Below are positions 58,014 through 61,705 of a stretch of 61,705 nucleotides of DNA, one piece after another; within the stretch, counting starts at the first letter, position 1, and each line of letters begins with the position of its first letter. The DNA comes from Paludibacter propionicigenes (GTDB lineage: Bacteria > Bacteroidota > Bacteroidia > Bacteroidales > JAIFNL01): NCBI GenBank assembly GCA_020721325.1, contig DYNA01000004.1, forward strand, positions 1 through 61,705, written 5' to 3'. The notes under the pieces were generated by a model that was not told where the DNA came from, ran no database searches, and saw only the letters and a program-made list of their open reading frames with translations. Made by a program: the position numbers and the translations under genes.

Positions 58014-61000
58014 CTAAATTTTAATTCCAAAAACCAAAATATCGTCTATTTGTTCCTCTTCGCCGCGCCAGTTGTTATGGGTTTCGTCTAATGTAATTTT
58101 TTGAATTTCAAGAGGTTCGTTGAAAATTTGCAAAAGAAGTTCTTTAAACTTATTGTTTTTGAATTTTTTATAATTCGGACCGCCGAATTGGTCGGCATAA
58201 CCATCTGAAAATAAATAAATTAAGTCATCTTTTTTTATTTTGAGTAAGTGATTGGTAAAAGGAATGTGCTGTCGGTCAGAAATGCCAACGGGCATTCTAT
58301 CGGCTTTAAGTTCAATGAGTTGTCGCTCATTGTTTGCATCAAATCGGCAAAGCCAAAGCGGATTGTAAGCTCCGGCAAATTGCAGTTCCATTTTTTGAGT
58401 ATCTATCACGCAAAGAGCCGCGTCCATGCCGTCTTTCGATTCGTACATGTCGCCCGTTTGGTGCAAGGCTTCAATGAGGTGCTTGCGCAAATGCCCCAAA
58501 ATTTCGGCTGCCACCACTATTTTTTGTTTACCAACTATTTCGTTGAGAAACGAAATGCCCAACATGCTCAGGAAAGCACCCGGCACGCCGTGTCCGGTGC
58601 AGTCGGCGGCTACCACTATCAATTTGTCGCTTTTTTTAATAGCCCAATAAAAATCGCCACTCACTACATCGCGCGGTTTGTAAAGCACAAAGTGGTCTTC
58701 CACCATTTGATTGATGCTTTGCGTTGGCGGTAAAATGGCAGCTTGAATGCGTTGGGCATAAGTAATGGAATCGGTCATGGCTTGTCGGCGTTCTTCCGAT
58801 ATATCTCGTTGATGTTCAAGGGCATCGCGCTGTGCTAAAATTTCTTCTTGCTGTTGCAAAAGCTCTTCATTTTTTTCCATAATTTGCTCTTGCTGCACTT
58901 TCAATTCTTCGTTTTTGTTGAGAATTTCTATTTGTTTTTCGTTGAGTTCGGAATTGATTTTTTCAATGGCTTCCTTTTTTTCGTTGATTTCTTTGGTTCG
59001 CAAAATCACTTTTTGTTCCAATTCGCTTTTGTCGCGATGCACATCGCGCAAGTGAAGCAAAAAATAAGCAATTAAGCCTAAAATACTCAAAACCAATAGA
59101 ATAAACCAAGTTCTTTGCCAAAAAGGAGGTAAAATTTCTACAATTACACTTTTTCCGGTTTTGCACCAAAAGCCGTCGTTGTTGGCAGCCAAAACTTCAA
59201 AAGCGTAAATTCCTGCCGGAATGTTGGTATAAGATGCAAATCGGCGTGTTCCGGCTTCGCGCCACTTTTTTTCGTAGTTTTTCAGTCGGTATTTGTATTT
59301 GTTGCGTAGTGGATTAACGTATTCAAAACCAACAAATTCAAAGGTAAAAGCATTTTCGGAGTAATCCAAAACAATGTGTTTTTTTTCGGTAACAGCCGTA
59401 TCGAGCATGAAGGCTTTGTCGAAGACTAAAAAGCTGGTTATCAATACATGAGGCTCGTGTTCATTGTCTTTTATGTCGGCAGGGAAAAAAGCGTTGAAAC
59501 CCGTTTGACCTCCAAACATGAGTTGTCCATCGAAGGTTTTCAATGCCGAACCCACCATAAATTCGTTCGATTGCAAGCCATCGGTTACATCATAATTTTG
59601 AACTTTTTTTGTTTTTTTGTCAAAACACGACAAACCCAAATTGGTCGAAATCCAAATATTTTTTTTAGAATCTTCCAACAAACACATCATTACCGGATTG
59701 GGAATGTTGTAATTAAAATAATTGTAATGCGTAAATTTGTTTTGTTTTTTGCTGTATTTGCTGAGTGTTCCGCGTGTGCTAACCCAAACGGTATCTTCGG
59801 AGTCTTCAAGAATCCAATAAATTCTGTCCACTTCTTGATTTTTAATTTCATCGGGCAAAAACTTGAAATGTTCAAATTTTTGGCTATTGGGAGCTAATTT
59901 GTTCAATCCATTGTCGCGTGTGCCAATCCAAATGTTTTGGTCTTTGTCTTGAATAATGCACGAAATTTCTTTTCCGCTTAGGCTAAAAGAATCTTTTTCT
60001 ATGGGCGAATAATTTTTGAAAATTAGCCGTCCCTCGCGTTCAAAACGGTTCAAATCGGCTACGCACACACCGCCGCCGCTCGTTCCTACCCAAAGCCGGT
60101 TTTGCGAATCGATGAGCAAAGTCCAAATGGAATTGTGCGTTAATTTTGAATTTCGGGTATTGAAATTTTGTACCGTTCGGGTTTTGGGGTTGAATAAATC
60201 GAGACCTTGTGCGTTTGTTCCCAACCAAAGTTGCCCCAAACTGTCCTCCACAATGGCGCGAATGTGCAAATCGGAAAAAATGTTAAAATGCTCAAAATCA
60301 TCGGTTTTTCTATTCCAACGCTCCAAACCTTTGTCCACCGTTCCTATCCAAATTGCCGAGTCGCGGGTTTCATAAAAACAGCGTATTCGATTGGAAGCTA
60401 CGCTTTTAAGGTCAAAAGGTATGTTTCTGATGGTTTTGAAATGCTTAGCCGGACGATTCCATTTGTTTACTCCGCCCAGCGATGTGCCAACCCAAAGAAT
60501 GCCTTCGCTGTCGATGAAAAGCGACAAAATTTCGCTCGAATTTAATCCGTCCGGGTTAAAAATACTTGCTCGGTAGATTTCAAAATGTTTTTTTCTTGGC
60601 AAAAAATGATTCAATCCGTCTGCTGTTCCTATCCAAAGCGAGCTGTCTTGGTCTAAAAATAAGGTGTTGATGCTGTTTGAACTGATGTGCGGGCTGATAA
60701 AATCAAAGTTTGCCGTTTTTGTAAAAAAACTTTCTAAACTCTTGGTTTTCAAAGAATAATGCCCCAAACCATTGTCCGTTGCAATCCAAATTTTTGAGTT
60801 TTTCTCAAAAATAAAATCTCTTACTTTCAAACCTATTTTTTGAGCAGACAAGGCATTGTAATCTATTTTTTGAGTTTTTAAAGTTTTGATATTCAATATA
60901 CTAAGCCCGTTGTTGGAAGCAATCCAGAGCGTATCGCCAAGGCATTTAATTTTGTTTATTTCGTTTGAAAATATAAAATGCGGTTGGGTGAACGTGGCAA

Positions 61001-61562
61001 AATTGGTGTAAATTATTTTGGTTTTTCCGCTTGGTGTTTTTTGCCGTTTCATGCGCGAAAGCCCGCGAGTGGTGGCTATCCAAATGTTGCCGTATCGGTC
61101 GCTGCAAATGCTGGTTATGTCGTTGTTTATTAATGTGTTGGCATTTACGGAAGTATCCTTTTCATTTTGCTTGAAATGTTTAAAGTTTCGACTGATTTTG
61201 TCATAAACCGAAATACCTCCTTTTTTATGACCTACCCAAATTTCTTTGTCGGGCGATTCGTGAAGGCAAGTTATTGCATTGTCGGCTATGGAATGTGGCT
61301 TTTTGGGGTGATTTCTAAAAACTTCAATGCTGTAACCATCGTAGCGATTTAAGCCGTCGAGCGTGGCAAACCACACGTAACCGTATTCGTCGCGAATGAT
61401 TTGATTTACAGAACTTTGCGATAAGCCTTCCAACAGCGAAATATGCTCAAACTTTACACTGTTTTGTGAAAATGCGGTGATACCGAAATGTAAAATAAGA
61501 TAAAAAAATAGTATTTTTTTGAATTTTTGCATGAATGGATTATCGTTGTTATTTTTTTGCAA
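58014..61562 (-). CDS. Periplasmic beta-propeller (Reg_prop) / Y_Y_Y sensor fused through a TM helix and coiled coil to a PP2C/SpoIIE phosphatase domain
   Basis: Repeated Reg_prop-like units (W.GT..GL..). Y_Y_Y block YKYRLKNYEKKWREAG...GIYAFEVLAANNDGFW. TM helix WFILLVLSILGLIAYFLL. Q/E-rich coiled coil. PP2C block SGDFYWAI...VVAADCTGHGVPGAFLSMLG...LFSDGYADQFGG. The start may instead be ATG 61532 (MQKFKKILFF...). Confidence 0.85.
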   Translation of the reverse strand: MQKNNNDNPFMQKFKKILFFYLILHFGITAFSQNSVKFEHISLLEGLSQSSVNQIIRDEYGYVWFATLDGLNRYDGYSIEVFRNHPKKPHSIADNAITCLHESPDKEIWVGHKKGGISVYDKISRNFKHFKQNEKDTSVNANTLINNDITSICSDRYGNIWIATTRGLSRMKRQKTPSGKTKIIYTNFATFTQPHFIFSNEINKIKCLGDTLWIASNNGLSILNIKTLKTQKIDYNALSAQKIGLKVRDFIFEKNSKIWIATDNGLGHYSLKTKSLESFFTKTANFDFISPHISSNSINTLFLDQDSSLWIGTADGLNHFLPRKKHFEIYRASIFNPDGLNSSEILSLFIDSEGILWVGTSLGGVNKWNRPAKHFKTIRNIPFDLKSVASNRIRCFYETRDSAIWIGTVDKGLERWNRKTDDFEHFNIFSDLHIRAIVEDSLGQLWLGTNAQGLDLFNPKTRTVQNFNTRNSKLTHNSIWTLLIDSQNRLWVGTSGGGVCVADLNRFEREGRLIFKNYSPIEKDSFSLSGKEISCIIQDKDQNIWIGTRDNGLNKLAPNSQKFEHFKFLPDEIKNQEVDRIYWILEDSEDTVWVSTRGTLSKYSKKQNKFTHYNYFNYNIPNPVMMCLLEDSKKNIWISTNLGLSCFDKKTKKVQNYDVTDGLQSNEFMVGSALKTFDGQLMFGGQTGFNAFFPADIKDNEHEPHVLITSFLVFDKAFMLDTAVTEKKHIVLDYSENAFTFEFVGFEYVNPLRNKYKYRLKNYEKKWREAGTRRFASYTNIPAGIYAFEVLAANNDGFWCKTGKSVIVEILPPFWQRTWFILLVLSILGLIAYFLLHLRDVHRDKSELEQKVILRTKEINEKKEAIEKINSELNEKQIEILNKNEELKVQQEQIMEKNEELLQQQEEILAQRDALEHQRDISEERRQAMTDSITYAQRIQAAILPPTQSINQMVEDHFVLYKPRDVVSGDFYWAIKKSDKLIVVAADCTGHGVPGAFLSMLGISFLNEIVGKQKIVVAAEILGHLRKHLIEALHQTGDMYESKDGMDAALCVIDTQKMELQFAGAYNPLWLCRFDANNERQLIELKADRMPVGISDRQHIPFTNHLLKIKKDDLIYLFSDGYADQFGGPNYKKFKNNKFKELLLQIFNEPLEIQKITLDETHNNWRGEEEQIDDILVFGIKI

Positions 61563-61705
61563 AATAAACTATTTTTTTGTAAAAAAAACCTTTTTTTTCA
61601 AATTTCTGCTTTTTTTCATGTGCTATCTATTCTATGTTTTTAAACATCATTTTTTTTTTTTTTCAGTTAAAATATTCTTTTTAGTTTTGCGAACTGTTTG
61701 AACAC

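Noticed and set aside
1-61705. Prophage, integrative element, transposase/IS, toxin-antitoxin or restriction-modification islands
   Set aside because: No integrase, transposase, phage structural, methyltransferase/restriction or classic TA motifs were recognisable in any supported ORF. There are no flanking tRNA genes or long direct repeats.

Overview
This is a visibly AT-rich chromosomal segment of Bacteroidota type. Supporting markers are a T9SS C-terminal sorting domain, a Reg_prop/Y_Y_Y sensor, CBM9/DUF5916-like and SPOR proteins, and intergenic DNA dominated by A/T homopolymer runs. I support about 45 protein-coding genes, most of them housekeeping. They include purH, purD and purL, gcvT, mnmA, an mnmC-like methyltransferase, an RSH (p)ppGpp synthetase, and dnaA preceded by about 0.9 kb of AT-rich candidate oriC. 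Also present are dapA, cysH, a Do/HtrA protease, a ClC channel, folC, tcdA, tatD, a MurC-like ligase and a nucleotide-sugar dehydrogenase. I saw no rRNA, tRNA, CRISPR array, integrase or transposase. The stand-out locus is a co-directional minus-strand pair at 28721..33865. One gene encodes a 529-aa protein with an FtsZ/tubulin-like motif set: N-terminal GIGGTG, a DTD motif at the position of FtsZ NTD, and a GGTGAS T4-like loop. The next encodes a 1144-aa protein whose C-terminal half carries Hsp70/actin-fold (ASKHA) phosphate-1, phosphate-2 and adenosine motifs, behind about 570 N-terminal residues with no motif I recognise. I regard this as a candidate uncharacterised two-NTPase, cytoskeleton-like or conflict-like module. 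Other non-coding oddities are a tandem array of about 14 copies of a 12-15-bp unit (35691..35882) and a 154-bp relatively GC-rich island closed by perfect 17-bp inverted repeats (39448..39601). There are also very long T homopolymers and recurrent T-run/A-run palindromes. All calls rest on motif reading of the supplied translations and the DNA; no database search was possible.
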